NCBI RefSeq assembly: GCF_009834535.1
Contig: NC_045697.1
Coordinates: forward strand, 87,360,001-87,424,000
Origin: Camelus ferus
Taxonomy: Eukaryota
Length of the DNA: 64,000 bases
Reading direction: 5' to 3'
In this document: piece by piece, positions 11,451 to 23,104 of the stretch
Layout: each line of letters begins with the position of its first letter
Position numbering within the stretch: position 1 is the first letter of the stretch
Program-made: the position numbers and the translations under genes
Notes under the pieces: generated by a model
What the model was told of the DNA's origin: nothing
The model's input: only the letters and a program-made list of their open reading frames with translations
Databases searched by the model: none

Positions 11451-13358
11451 GGAGAGATTTTTAATAATTTAGAAAGAGCAGTGGAGTCATACTCCACATG
11501 ATTCACCTTAGGGAAAAAATAGGCTATTCTCTTGTGAGGAGACTTTGATCATCATTTTGAATATTGTGTGGGCCTTAATAATGAAACATACAATTTATCC
11601 ACTTTTAAAGAATATTAACATGCCTAGGCAGATAAACAGCAGATTGGAAGCTCAATTACTGTTTTTTTCCTAAACTTTTGTATTAGTTAAGATTCACTGA
11701 ATTCACTTTGATTTTTATGTCTCAGTTTTTAAGTAAAATGTAGTGGTACCTTCAGCTTACTTCTCAACATTGGAATGAGCCTAGAAAATGATCAAAAAGC
11801 CTTTCTAAAATATCAAATTGTATTACAAATCTGCATCAGGTAATGATGATGATAAAATCCCTAACTGTGTAACAGTTGCTTATTAAGTTACAGACTCTGT
11901 CCATAAATGAAAAGAACAGCTTTGTGCTGAATATCTGTTAGGACACCAGTGTAGACGAACCTAGTATCTTTTAAACCAACCTAACCGCAGAAACTTCCTA
12001 TGACACTGCTACATAAAGAACAGTTTCAACCCATGGTCTCCTCTAACAAATAAGGATTGCTGCAGTGATGTGTGCTCACAACCTTTACTGTCACAGTGAA
12101 CTGGGGAGGAGCCCGATTAGTGCTGTTTGCACAGAGCCTTGTAAAAATACACCCATCAAATGGCATGTTGTCATTGAGCGCAGTGCCCCTCATTCGTAAA
12201 ACTCCTGCCCCAGCATCAAATTTCTTCCTATTCCTTGTTCTGTGATTAATTCCAATCTTATTAATTCAGAATCCATTTTGGAGCTCGTAATAACTCAGAC
12301 CTGGTATTTGTGATTCTTGTTCAGTAGAAAGTTCATAGTTCAAAAGAGAAGGTAGACCTGAGAATGACTATATTAAACAATTATGGGAGTATACACTACT
12401 TTGAGTTTAATTTTACTCCTTTTGAACCTTTAGTCTTTAATATGTAGTCTTTAATATGTAGGCATAAGCCTACATTTCTTTTTAAGTGAAATTTAGTGTT
12501 TAGACAGTTAAGACACCCCTCTCCCTCTTCCTGCATTTCATTTTCCCTCTCCTTTGCCTCCTTCACTTCCTTCACCTGCAAAGCCAAAGTCCCAGAGTGC
12601 ATGTGACCACATGTATCCGGGGCAAGCAAATTAATATGGCAGGGAGGCTAATCCACACTGTATGTTAATGAGGTTTTCTGTGTAAAATTAAAGATAAAGC
12701 TTGAAAAAGATGCAAATGCATGCCAAAAGTAAAACCAGACACTCATTTAAAAAACATCTCTGGACATTTGCTTTTTCCTCATTTTTAATAAGCATTTTAC
12801 TTGGTGTAGTCTATATTATTCAACACAAATCTCTTAGAGGCAGGAAATGCTTCTTGCTTGACAAATCACATAATGTAAAACATTTCAAGGCCAATGCAAT
12901 GGTTCTAAATGCTTAATGATTTTCCTTTGGTGAGAATGTAGGCAATTAAAGATGGGAGAGGAAAGGTCTAAATCACAGGGGAGGCTGAACATCCCATTTC
13001 TCCGGTTACATCTTCATAAAGACACCACCAGTGGCATGGCACAAGAGAAAGGGCTTATATCATATCCCTTTGCTTCAGAAAAAAACAGATTGCTCACGTA
13101 TTTTAGTGCTACATGGAAAACATTTTACAGCATCTCATAATCATCATGTTTGTGTATTCATCATCATGCTCTCTTGGTTAGAACTGTTAAATGGAGAGAG
13201 GGCGAGCAAATTAACTACCTGAGGAAGAAATCCTCTCAGGAATTGCATCTCACACTCAGGTAAATTTCACTTATTCCTGATTTAGGTTTCATGTCATCTA
13301 CACTGGAACTCTGTTTCCTGTTTCTGGTTACCAGTGCTGGCATGTTTTTTACACTTAA

Positions 13359-13360
<2 letters not shown>

Positions 13361-13392
<32 letters not shown>
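13361..13392. repeat. (TG)16 microsatellite
   Basis: Perfect dinucleotide run, read directly. Confidence 0.98.
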
Positions 13393-13396
<4 letters not shown>

Positions 13397-14039
13397 GTGG
13401 GCAGCTGGGGGTGGTTAATAAGGGGAAGAGCATCTTTCTTTTTACTTCCACGTGTCTCTTGATTGAACCTTCTGGTTGTTTCCTGTATTAGGTTTCACAA
13501 AAATAATTCAAAGGTGTTGAATTATTGAATGTTGAATTCAAAGGTGAATTTGGCGTCTTAAGTATTGTGCTTTGACCACTAACAAGCACATGTACATGAA
13601 GGGCCCTGAAGGAAGAAGTTTTCTTCAGGAGTGTGGCTTGTGCTTGTGAGTCGCCTCACAAGTGTATTGCATATGAAATTCCCTGAAAATTCCTTAGGAT
13701 GGGCAAAGTAAAAGAAAGATGTGTAGATGAGAAACCAGAGACACCTAAGCTCCAGATAGATGGTCTTTGATGTGAGAAATTTCCCATCCCCAGGACATCA
13801 TTGTTTCCACTACATATGGTTTGGCAGGCAGGGTTGGGGCAGGGTGGCACCTGGCAAGACAGTGAAAACCAGTCTCAAGAAATCTTGATATCAGAGTTGA
13901 GACCCAGTACCATGGAAATCTGTGCTTTTTCTTTTGAAATTTAGAACTGGAATATTTAAGTAAATTGTAATATATTCATACAATGGACTAGCAGCATTTA
14001 TTTAAATAATGTTTTTGGAGGGTTTTAAAATACTAGAAT

Positions 14040-14275
14040 CAAGAGCTGGTGTTCTAGACTTAGACAAATCTATTTTCAAACCTGAGCTTTGTCACTTTGT
14101 CAGTTGTGCAGCTTTGGGAACATTACTTGATCTCTCAGAGCATCCAGCATCATCTTCTGTAATCAGAATGCTTAACTAAGATGATTTTTGTATGGATTAA
14201 AAGACATGGTGCATATAAAATTCTTAGCAGAGAGACTGGCAGACAATAAAATTATATATAACATAGAAGCTATTA
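14040..14275 (+). mobile_element. MIR SINE
   Basis: TTCAAACCTGAGCTTTGTCACTT..GCTTTGGGAACATTACTTGATCTCTCAGAG..TTCTGTAA core. Confidence 0.65.
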
Positions 14276-15414
14276 TAGATTACCATTATTTTATAATATT
14301 AATATAGTGGGAAACAAGCTTACATATCCATTATTATGTAAACTCATCAAAAAACATGCCAAAAAAAAAAAAAAGGCATCTACCATCACTCTGTGTCTTC
14401 CGAGTTCCAGTTTGTGTATAATTCATTTTACTTTGTTTTCTGTCCTCAGATACTTGTGAGGTTGTCAGCTGTACGTGGATAAGAAATCCCTCTTCACTTA
14501 CACTTCCCTTGCAGTCTAATCCTGACTAAAACAGGGCATTCTGCATTTCTCAGCCTTTCCCCTGGTTGGTTGCAGCAGCTCCCTAGTGGCCAAGAGCAAT
14601 GATCAACTCTGCCCCTGCATCCTCTTTACTTTCTCATGTTACTCCTCTGGTCAGGTATTTTGGCTCTAGAAATGGATTTCAAGCTGTGTTGTGTGAAGCT
14701 GCTTTTGGAGTGTCTCCTCCCCTTACCCCATCCCTGCTTCTTCGGGGCAGTACCACTTTATCTCTTACATATTTTAGAATCTCATATAGAATTTTTTTTG
14801 GAAAAAATAGGTCACCACTAAAACAAGTTTAGGAACCACTCTTCTACCAGATAGCATTCCATTTCCTTAGGCCTGTTGTCCCCCTGTGCTCTGACCCCTG
14901 CTTTCCTACCGAGTCTTCTGTTTCTTCCACGTCCTTACTTCCTGCTTTAACAACTTTGAATGCCTTAAGATCCTCCCCAGATGTGCGATGATTATTCTGT
15001 GATTTGTACCTTTGCACACATATTTAGCTCTTCTAAAATGTCATCCCTGACTCCCCTCCCACTGTCCCAACTTTGCCGGCTATTCAACAAATCTAAGCCC
15101 CGTGTGCCCTCCTCTGTGAAAATTCTCAATTCTCTCAGCCAGAGTTCCATGCTCACATTTATTAGGATTACTGGTTGTAAGGCACAGAGACTGAATCAGA
15201 CCACCCCAAGCAAAGATGGTGAAAAGAGAGCTGAGAATTTCATGGGAATTTAAGAAAAGAAACAGTATAATTGGGCTACCTTAAAAGCCAAGGAGCTCTG
15301 GGAACATCAACAGTAGGCTGGTGGCAGATGTTCAATGAAATGCCCTGTCATCATAGCATTTCAGCTCTCCTTTCCTGTCTACTTTTTTTTCTAGCAGCCA
15401 ACTTTCTCGCCCTC

Positions 15415-15555
15415 ATCTCTGTATACCTAGGTTCAAATCCTTGTTCTACCAGTTACCAGCTGGGTAATCTTGGAAAAACCACTAAACTTCCTTGTGCATC
15501 TTATGTACAAAGGCTCGATAAGGAAAACACAAGATTATTTTAAGGATGAAATGCT
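15415..15555 (+). mobile_element. MIR SINE
   Basis: CCTAGGTTCAAATCCTTGTTCTACCAGTTACCAGCTGGGTAATCTTGGAAAA..CTAAACTTC. Confidence 0.7.
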
Positions 15556-15562
15556 TGCCGTT

Positions 15563-16215
15563 GTAATTCATCAATTTCAAGATGCACATTTTAATGCTGC
15601 TGAAATCAGAACGCTTCTTACAGTTACTGCCTGCCATGAGGTGGTTATTGTCTGCCTATGCACAACTGTGGTTGTTATTCCCGGCTGCATGACTGGACCA
15701 CTGCACCCTCTCCAGTTTGACTTGGGAAACTATTTATGAACTATTTGAGGCAAGATGATGAGTCCTGGCTATTATCTGAAAACATTCTATTGGCACTCAC
15801 TGATAAGATAAAAAATGCTCCAGCATCAAAACTTGCAGAGTAAGTGTTAATGGCTTAGAAGAAATCCTGAAAACAAAGGAACATTCTTTTAAGAACTGCC
15901 GCCCAGGGCCCTTGATAGAGCGTTATGCTGTGTAGAAAAACACTAGCACTGATGACTGCATCAAAAGGTGATTCAGAAGAATTGGACTCTGTGAGGAAGT
16001 TTTATGAACATTAATTAATTTATTTTACTTAGATTTTCCTTTTCATGTGTGCCCAGGAATGAAATATGATAAAATCTGTGTGTAAATCATCATTTACAAA
16101 CCCCTTCAGTAAGTGTAACTCTGAGTGATAAGAAAACTATTGTGTCATAGATTAATTAGCAAGATTTTCTTCCCTTCATAACAGTTCATAAAATAAAAAA
16201 TGTAATTAATACGTT
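15563..16215. mobile_element. TcMar-Tigger DNA transposon remnant (Tigger6-like)
   Basis: TTCATCAATTTCAAGATGCACATTTTAATGCTGCTGAAATCAGAACGCTTCTTACA resembles a Tigger6 end; internal CCAGCATCAAAACTTGCAGAGT..CATTCTTTTAAGAA. Confidence 0.55.
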
Positions 16216-16805
16216 GGTTAAAAGTCAATATCACTTCATTATTTTCACCATTGAAATTGTTAACTTCAGATAGACACAATGTTTTTATGTCTTTCAGATT
16301 CCTCAGGAAGTATCCAGTGTATATAATGCATCTTTTGCATTTTTATTGACAACTAACATCCTAACTCATATCTCAATATTATAACTTTAGGGGGAAAATG
16401 TAAAACAATGACCAACATAAATACCTAAATCCAAGACTCAAGTGCATTTTTCCTGACTGAAATTTGAAATGACTTATTTTCAACAACAGGTGGCGCGTCG
16501 CAGGGTTTTTGTTTAGTTGAAATGCTTTGGCTGTATGAAATACCCCTACCATCACTTAAAAACTTACTATGAGACATTAAGACTCACATAGTACTCTAGT
16601 AATTGACAGGAACTATGTCTGCTACCAAATCTCCTGTATTTATTATCAAAATTAACATTCTAAGAGGTTATCAAAAAGAAGCAGTAAACATACTTTTTGA
16701 AAATATATAGAAGAATCATCCATTTTCTACCTTTTTACTTATTTTCAACTTTTAAAATGTTATTTAATTACTTTTTAAAGACATGCATTTTCTTTATTTA
16801 CTCTT

Positions 16806-16874
16806 TTTTAAAGGGTGTTAACTTTTTTTTAATTGAAGTATAATCAGTTCGCAATGTTGTGTCAATTTCTGGTG
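16806..16874 (-). mobile_element. Extremely 5'-truncated lineage-specific L1 3' end with 16-bp TSD
   Basis: The minus strand CACCAGAAATTGACACAACATTGCGAACTGATTATACTTCAATTAAAAAAAA matches the L1 end at 58244-58290. TTCTTTATTTACTCTT is duplicated at 16790-16805 and 16875-16890. Confidence 0.85.
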
Positions 16875-17299
16875 TTCTTTATTTACTCTTAATGATCACA
16901 AAGAGTTTACAAGTTTTATAGAAGGGATTTTTAATAATTGCAATGACCTTTATCTTAACAGGAAATAAAATGTAAACAATTAAAAATTTCAGATAAATGT
17001 TAAGGTGATCAGGGCTCATTAAATTCCTTAATCTGAAATTATAGCTGCTCCAAAATCCTGGTTCTCTCTCTCTCTCACACACATACACAGCAGTACAATT
17101 ATTCAAACCTTAGAGTTCAGCCTTAGAAAAACAAAAAGTAGAAACTGAATTAACTTGAAATAATTATAAGACAAGTAAATTCATTATTGCGGATGGAGCA
17201 CCTGGAAAGAGGGGACCTGAAACATTTCTGCACCATACAGTGTGTTTGAGGTGATAACAGACTGTATGGCAAGAATTTATACGGGACTTTAAAGTTTAC

Positions 17300-17495
17300 A
17301 AAGTGCTGCATTACACTGGGTCCACAGTAGGACTACGATTTGGGAAGGTGAAGTATTGTTATTAACTTCAGGTTATTGATGAGAAAGCAGGCTGAGAGAA
17401 ATTAAGTGAGGGGCACCAAGCTACGAAGTGACAAAGCTGGGACTTGAACGTCATATCATCTGACCCTATATCAGGTACGCTTTTCTTTATACTAT
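17300..17495 (-). mobile_element. MIR SINE
   Basis: GATGAGAAAGCAGGCTGAGAGAAATTAAGTGA..GCTGGGACTTGAAC..TCTGACCC. Confidence 0.65.
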
Positions 17496-20400
17496 GCCAT
17501 TTTCATACTTGTAATATTGGACATGGGGACATTATGGGCAAATATATTAGCCAAATTAATAGACCATGATATAGAAGAATGATATAATCAAAAACTCAGA
17601 TTTTCAATGCATGTATCCTATCAATTATTATAGACCATGTGGAATATTTTTATAGATGGAACTTAAATGCTCCAAGAGAACTGCAAATCAAGGAAACTCT
17701 AAGGATAAGTTCTTTTTTTTTAAAAAAGTCTTGTAAGTTTTTGTGTTTTCTTTTTGCAATATTAGGCATTCTTATAGATAGCATGCCTTGAGTCACTTCA
17801 TCAAATAAATATTCTACTTTTTTTTCCCAAATAAAGGATAAACTATAGTCTTTGGCACAGATTATTTCAATAGGAAATAAAGATTAAAGCAAGCAAGCCC
17901 CAGGGGATGTTTTAAGTTGTTTTTCTTTTAATGAAAACATGATTTTGTTTTCTTCCTGTTCTATTTTTGGAGGCAGTTAAGGTTTAAATTAACCTAGGTT
18001 CTTATGCACTTGTCTCTGAAGATGAAGTTAGCAGTAGATTGTTGTGGAAATGAGAGATTAATAACTTTTGCTGACCAAAATCACAGCTAGTACCAGGTGA
18101 TCATTATTACAGCCATTCCATTCCTACTTTCAGAAGTCAAGTCAGCAGAAGAGATGGCTAATCTTGTTGTGAAAATGAAGAGCAAGTCAAGGCTCAGAGG
18201 GCAACATTTAACATTGTGGAAGAGGGAAGAAGACAGGATTTATTCTTCAACTGGGTAGATAAGAAATGAAGACTGTTTTGTACTAGGGTAAAGATGTTTC
18301 CTTAGGCGGCCTTACCATGTGGATTTAATTAGCAAAATCTTGATATGTAGTAGTGATGCAAACTGAACTCTTGTCACTTTGATTCTCTGTAAAGGAGCAT
18401 GACATTTAAGAATGAAGGGCACTAATTCAGTGCCCTTCCATGCACATATCCCTTTTTTTTTTTTACAACTTGTAGAATAATAGAATCACTTGTGACAAAG
18501 TACACAAATGGTTAGTTGTAGAATTATAGAGCTGACAGAAATTCTACAAGTTATCCAGTGTAATTTACTCAAGGTATTGTTTGATTTGCCCACTTCCAGA
18601 ATTTGAAACCAATACAGAGCATTAGTATTTCAAATAGGGCAGAAGGATGAGAATTATGCTTATGAAAATGAAAAGAATGTTTATGGAAAATTTACAGAAT
18701 AGGTTGGTCTATTTCTGTCAACTACAAAGATTGTTTACAAAAGGAAACTGAAAATAAAATGGCTTATCCTTGCCAGCTTTTCTTGGGAAGTACAGTAATA
18801 TAGTAACTTTTGCCCTAAAAGGAGAGCAGAGACTTAGTTTTCATTCTTGGTTCTTTATTGATTTATTAGATACGTATAGAGTAACTCACCAATTTCTGTG
18901 ATTATTTTGTTTCTCAACAGGATAAAAGATTACATTTATTATCATGACTTCACAGAAACACTGGGAAGATTAATAAGGTATTATTTTTCAAGAGCTTGGA
19001 ACACGTTATGGTTCTGCTTTTTTGGCAAATAAAGTAGATAAATGAGTAAGGTAAACGTCTCAGTACACTTTTTTCTTCTTTTTAAAATCACTAGCAGTTG
19101 CCAGGAGTTACCAGACTTTTTTCCCCCATTTTATTATCTTCTCAAAAATCAAATCAGCAGAAGAAATGGCTAATCTTGTTTTCACATGAAAATGAAGAAC
19201 AAGTCAGGGCTCACTTTCCATTCCACCTTGTTCTTTTAGATATTAATATAGTAAACTGAAAATTATGGCAATATTTTTCCATGGATATTTACATTGTTTT
19301 TCCTTTTCAGGAAAATTTTGTCCTCTATCCATTTCTAGCCAAGATACATTGCAACTTAAGTATCTAGATAAAGAACAATTTCTATTTTAAGCTAAAATTT
19401 TAGAACTTCTACAAAGTCTTATAGTTGTAGGCAATCAAAAGAAGGGGTAGGCTTTGTTAAATGTCTTTTAGATCCAGGGTGGCCAGGCTATACCTGTTTA
19501 TTTGTAACGTGGTATTTAGAGGAAAGCATACTGATGCATTTGTGCAGCATATTTGATTTCTAAATAGAACATGACCCATCATGATGGTGTTATAGCTAAC
19601 ATTTCATGGATTTTATCTTATTGTAATTTGAAAATACTTAATTGTATGCAAATTGCAATTTAATAATACAGCTGTGGTTGAAATAGTTTATTTGTAATAG
19701 AAACCTTTTAAATATATTGTTGTAGGATTTATGGAAGTAAAATGTTCAGTGCTCCCTCTCCTGGTTTTATCATATTGGTGAACTGACCACTCATCCCCCA
19801 GTTGTGGTGACAGTGGAGAAGACAATTTTGAAGGATCAAATCAGGTAGTCTGATGGGATAGTCTATTTCTGATTTCACCATTCCAAACCCATTCAAAATG
19901 GTCAAGAAACTTACCCATCAATAGTTAAAGTCCATTACATTCCCAAATATAATGAGATATATTAAAAAATTTAAAAATATGTACAATAATATTGATTTTT
20001 ATCCTTTTAAACAGACTCTTTTATTACAATTTATATCATTGAGAGTCAATAGGTAGCTTCTTGGTTCTATGTTCTATGTTCTTATTCTATGTTATTTTCT
20101 AGGAAGCAACTGTTGTGGACGGTCTTAGTAATCAATGCCCTAAGGTCCTGAGAGGTAATTCCAATAAATTTTTAAAAGTGCTCAAACATTTGAAAATCTA
20201 GAATCGAAAAAAAAAAAAAGTTTCAAAAGAATCACTTGCTATTGTAAAAAAGGAGATTAAAAAATTTCTTTGAACTGAAAATTTCCATACTCAGATTTAT
20301 ATATAATTTTGTTTCTGGAGTTTTGTTTTGTTTGCTCTATTTTGTCAAAGACTTTAAGCTATTTCTGATATGTAGTACCTGGAAAAAATATTTCCTTTCC

Positions 20401-21339
20401 TCCTACTTACTATATTTTTGGGGTTTAGGTATCTTTTAAAACTCTCTGTGGAAACTCAAATTTGACCTATAGTTACCCTCACTACAGCATGAAGTACATG
20501 ATTTTGATAATAAATCTCTAAAATCTAATCGTTTATAAGGAAACAAAAAGCAAGTTTCCTACTGATTAAAATGCTCTTTTTTTCAGTGACACATCATATA
20601 TTGCTTAAGAATTATAAAATGGTAATTATTATATTAGTAAATTATTTCTATTTGAATTGATTGCCATTTAACTGTTTTAAAAAATAAAAAATAAACTTTT
20701 TTTCAGAATTATACAAAAATATTACAAAATTGAAGGAGTCTGGGATTTTAAACAATTGATTTTGGGGAAATTATATCACAAATCAAGATAGAACAATTAT
20801 TATAAAATGTGCAGCAGGAAATTTCACCTTTATGACATATTGTTACATACATTTACAGTAAGGAATGCCACCTTTCAAACTCTTAAGAGATTTCACATAT
20901 TCTGAACTTTGCTTTAAACAGGAACTGTAATGTTATACTATCATTTTTTAATATCAAAATACATTTTCTCACTGATCAGTAGTGATAGCTTGATATACAA
21001 CTTCTTAATCTTTTCTCAGAAGTGATGACATGATATACAACTTTTTAATCTTCTTTTATTCTTCAAAATTATTTTCTAATTCAACTTTAAGGGTAGAGTC
21101 CACCAATCCTTTTACTGAGAATGATAACTAAAGATTGTTAACTAAATTTAAAGGTATTCCTTTATGACAGACCGCATTTGCAGGATTTTTAAAGGCAATC
21201 CCTATTTTTAGAGGATGTTTATTACACGAGTGTACAAGGCAACATTTCCAAGTGGGTACTCATAAACGAAAGAGGATACTGTTGGGGAAATCCTGTTCCA
21301 GGTTTTCAGGCAGGCCGTATGATTGACACATGATATCAC

Positions 21340-21526
21340 TGGAGGCGTGTCCTGGAGTGGAGGTGGAGGTGGAGGCGACGAGCTGAAATTCTGCGGAGCC
21401 GGAGTGGGATTGCTCTGTAAGGCTCGCAGTGGTTTGCAGAGTGATAGCAGCCGACAGAGCTCCCTGCCCTGGATAAGGAATACGCTGTAAATGTGCCTGA
21501 AAAGCAATTTCCAATCTTTGCGTTAG
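21340..21526 (+). other. SPRY1: SPRY1 non-coding exon 1 (5' end approximate)
   Basis: Strong donor TAG|GTAAGA at 21526/21527. The sequence (GGAGGTGGAGGTGGAGG...GAGCTGAAATTCTGCG...CCCTGCCCTGGATAAGGAA...AATGTGCCTGAAAAGCAATTT) resembles the human SPRY1 5'UTR as I recall it. Confidence 0.8.
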
Positions 21527-22229
21527 GTAAGAACTGTTTCCTTCCTTTCCTTCCGTAGACATTTTAGGAAAGATTAGGTGAGAAATGTTGGCTTTTTTAA
21601 GGAACTGATTATTTCTTTGAACTCGCTTTAGACCTAAGATTACTAGTTGCATTTCTAATTACCAGTAGCATTCCCACTGCTAAAACTAATGCTCTTAAAG
21701 TAAATGCTACCACTAAAAGTAAAAGTAGGGTCCCTTTCCTTCCCCCTCGCCCCATATCCGAATAAGTTTAATGTGTTGAAAACTGGGTGGTTTATGCCGA
21801 AGAGGGGCTGGCACTCAGTGTGTGGACCAAATGCATGTTTGTTTAGGCATTGTTGGTGACCGAATCCTGAGCGAAGCAATTGTTTAAAACCTGAATTTCC
21901 CGTCTCTGTGTATTGATTTCCAATGCGCAGAGGCGTTGCTTGAACGTTGTTTGAACTTCTAGGCATTCCAAGGGGCAAAAGCACTTCGGCAAAAACGTGC
22001 AAGACTGCATGTTACTTTGGTTCGCTGCTGACACGCCGACTGTGCGCCCGCCTGTCAATCACTGGGAGCAGCAACAGCCAGCACATGGCAGCGGGTGCGG
22101 GCGGCTGGCGAGCTGGCCAGAGGCCCGCTCCGCTCTACTCTTCGCCCGGGCGGCGGAACGCGCTACGCGTCCAAGTGCCCGGAAAGAAAGGGAAATTAAC
22201 GTCTTTTTATCTCTAATCGTCTGTAGCAG

Positions 22230-22460
22230 GCATTTCGGCCGTGGAACAGGAGGGTCGGAGGACTGGGAGTGAGCGCTGCCCGGGAGAGGCTGACTGCCAG
22301 GAGCGGAGTTCCCGGGGACGCCGTGCCCCCACTTGCCTAGCGTGCGGGATTGGGAAAGTGCCTGGACCTGCGCGGGGGCCAAGGGACGACGCCCCGCCTC
22401 TTTCCCCGAGGAGGAACCCCCCAAACCTCGCTCCCTTCACCACCACCCCTAAAAAATAGG
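22230..22460 (+). other. SPRY1: SPRY1 non-coding exon 2
   Basis: Pyrimidine tract then TAGCAG|GCATTTCGGCCGTGG acceptor; donor AGG|GTAAAA at 22460/22461. Matches the recalled human exon 2 (GCATTTCGGCCGTGGAAC...CCCCAAACCTC...A-run). Confidence 0.75.
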
Positions 22461-22847
22461 GTAAAAAAGTCCCACCCACCCCCACCCCGGCGGAGCGGCG
22501 GCTTGGCCTCGCAGGCGTGTGCTCCCCGGGGCCTGCGCGGCTCCGTGACCCGCCCGGGTACGCCGGTTCGAGCCCCGTCCCGGGCGCCGCGGAGTCTCGA
22601 ACGTCCGTGACGTGGATTTTCACGCGTCAGGAAGGCGCCACTCCTGCGTTTCCCGCGAGGAGCGACTGGAACCCGAGAAGCCCTCTCGCCCGAGCACCGC
22701 GACAGGTCTGCTGCCCCGTCACGCACTCTTCTCCCCGCCGCTCCCCAGCTCGCTTTCCAGAGAGACTCGGAGAGCCCTCCCGCAGGGAATTTTTCTGGCT
22801 CTTGGAAGGGGCTGCAGGAGAAGAGCCCCGGAGGTGGATGTTACTGA

Positions 22848-23104
22848 GCTGCGCGGCGCACGCGAGCTGTGAGAGGTCTGCGCCGGGCCGCGCGGAGTCT
22901 CCGGAGGATTGTCCCCCGCAGCCGGAAGGGGGCCGCGGGGAGCGCTCCTGCCCTGCGGCGGCGGCGGGGGCGGAGGAGGCCGCAGTTCGGGCCATGCCTC
23001 GCCGTCCTCCCCGCCGCGGTTGATGCGGCGCGTGCACATCGCCGCCCGCACCGGGACCCCGGCCGGGTTGCACCACTTGGCCCCTCGTCCCTGCTTCGGC
23101 CTAG
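22848..23104 (+). other. SPRY1: Candidate alternative first exon of SPRY1 inside the CpG island (start uncertain)
   Basis: Consensus donor CTAG|GTGAGT at 23104/23105 in the CpG island core, followed by G-rich intronic sequence. The TSS cannot be fixed from sequence alone. Confidence 0.6.

Noticed and set aside
18414..18438. 10-bp hairpin GAAGGGCACT-AATTC-AGTGCCCTTC
   Set aside because: About one such stem is expected by chance in 64 kb. It is too short for a pre-miRNA, and intrinsic terminators do not apply to mammalian DNA.
20065..20100. (TTCTATG)n-like low-complexity run
   Set aside because: Short, degenerate slippage product with no further structure.
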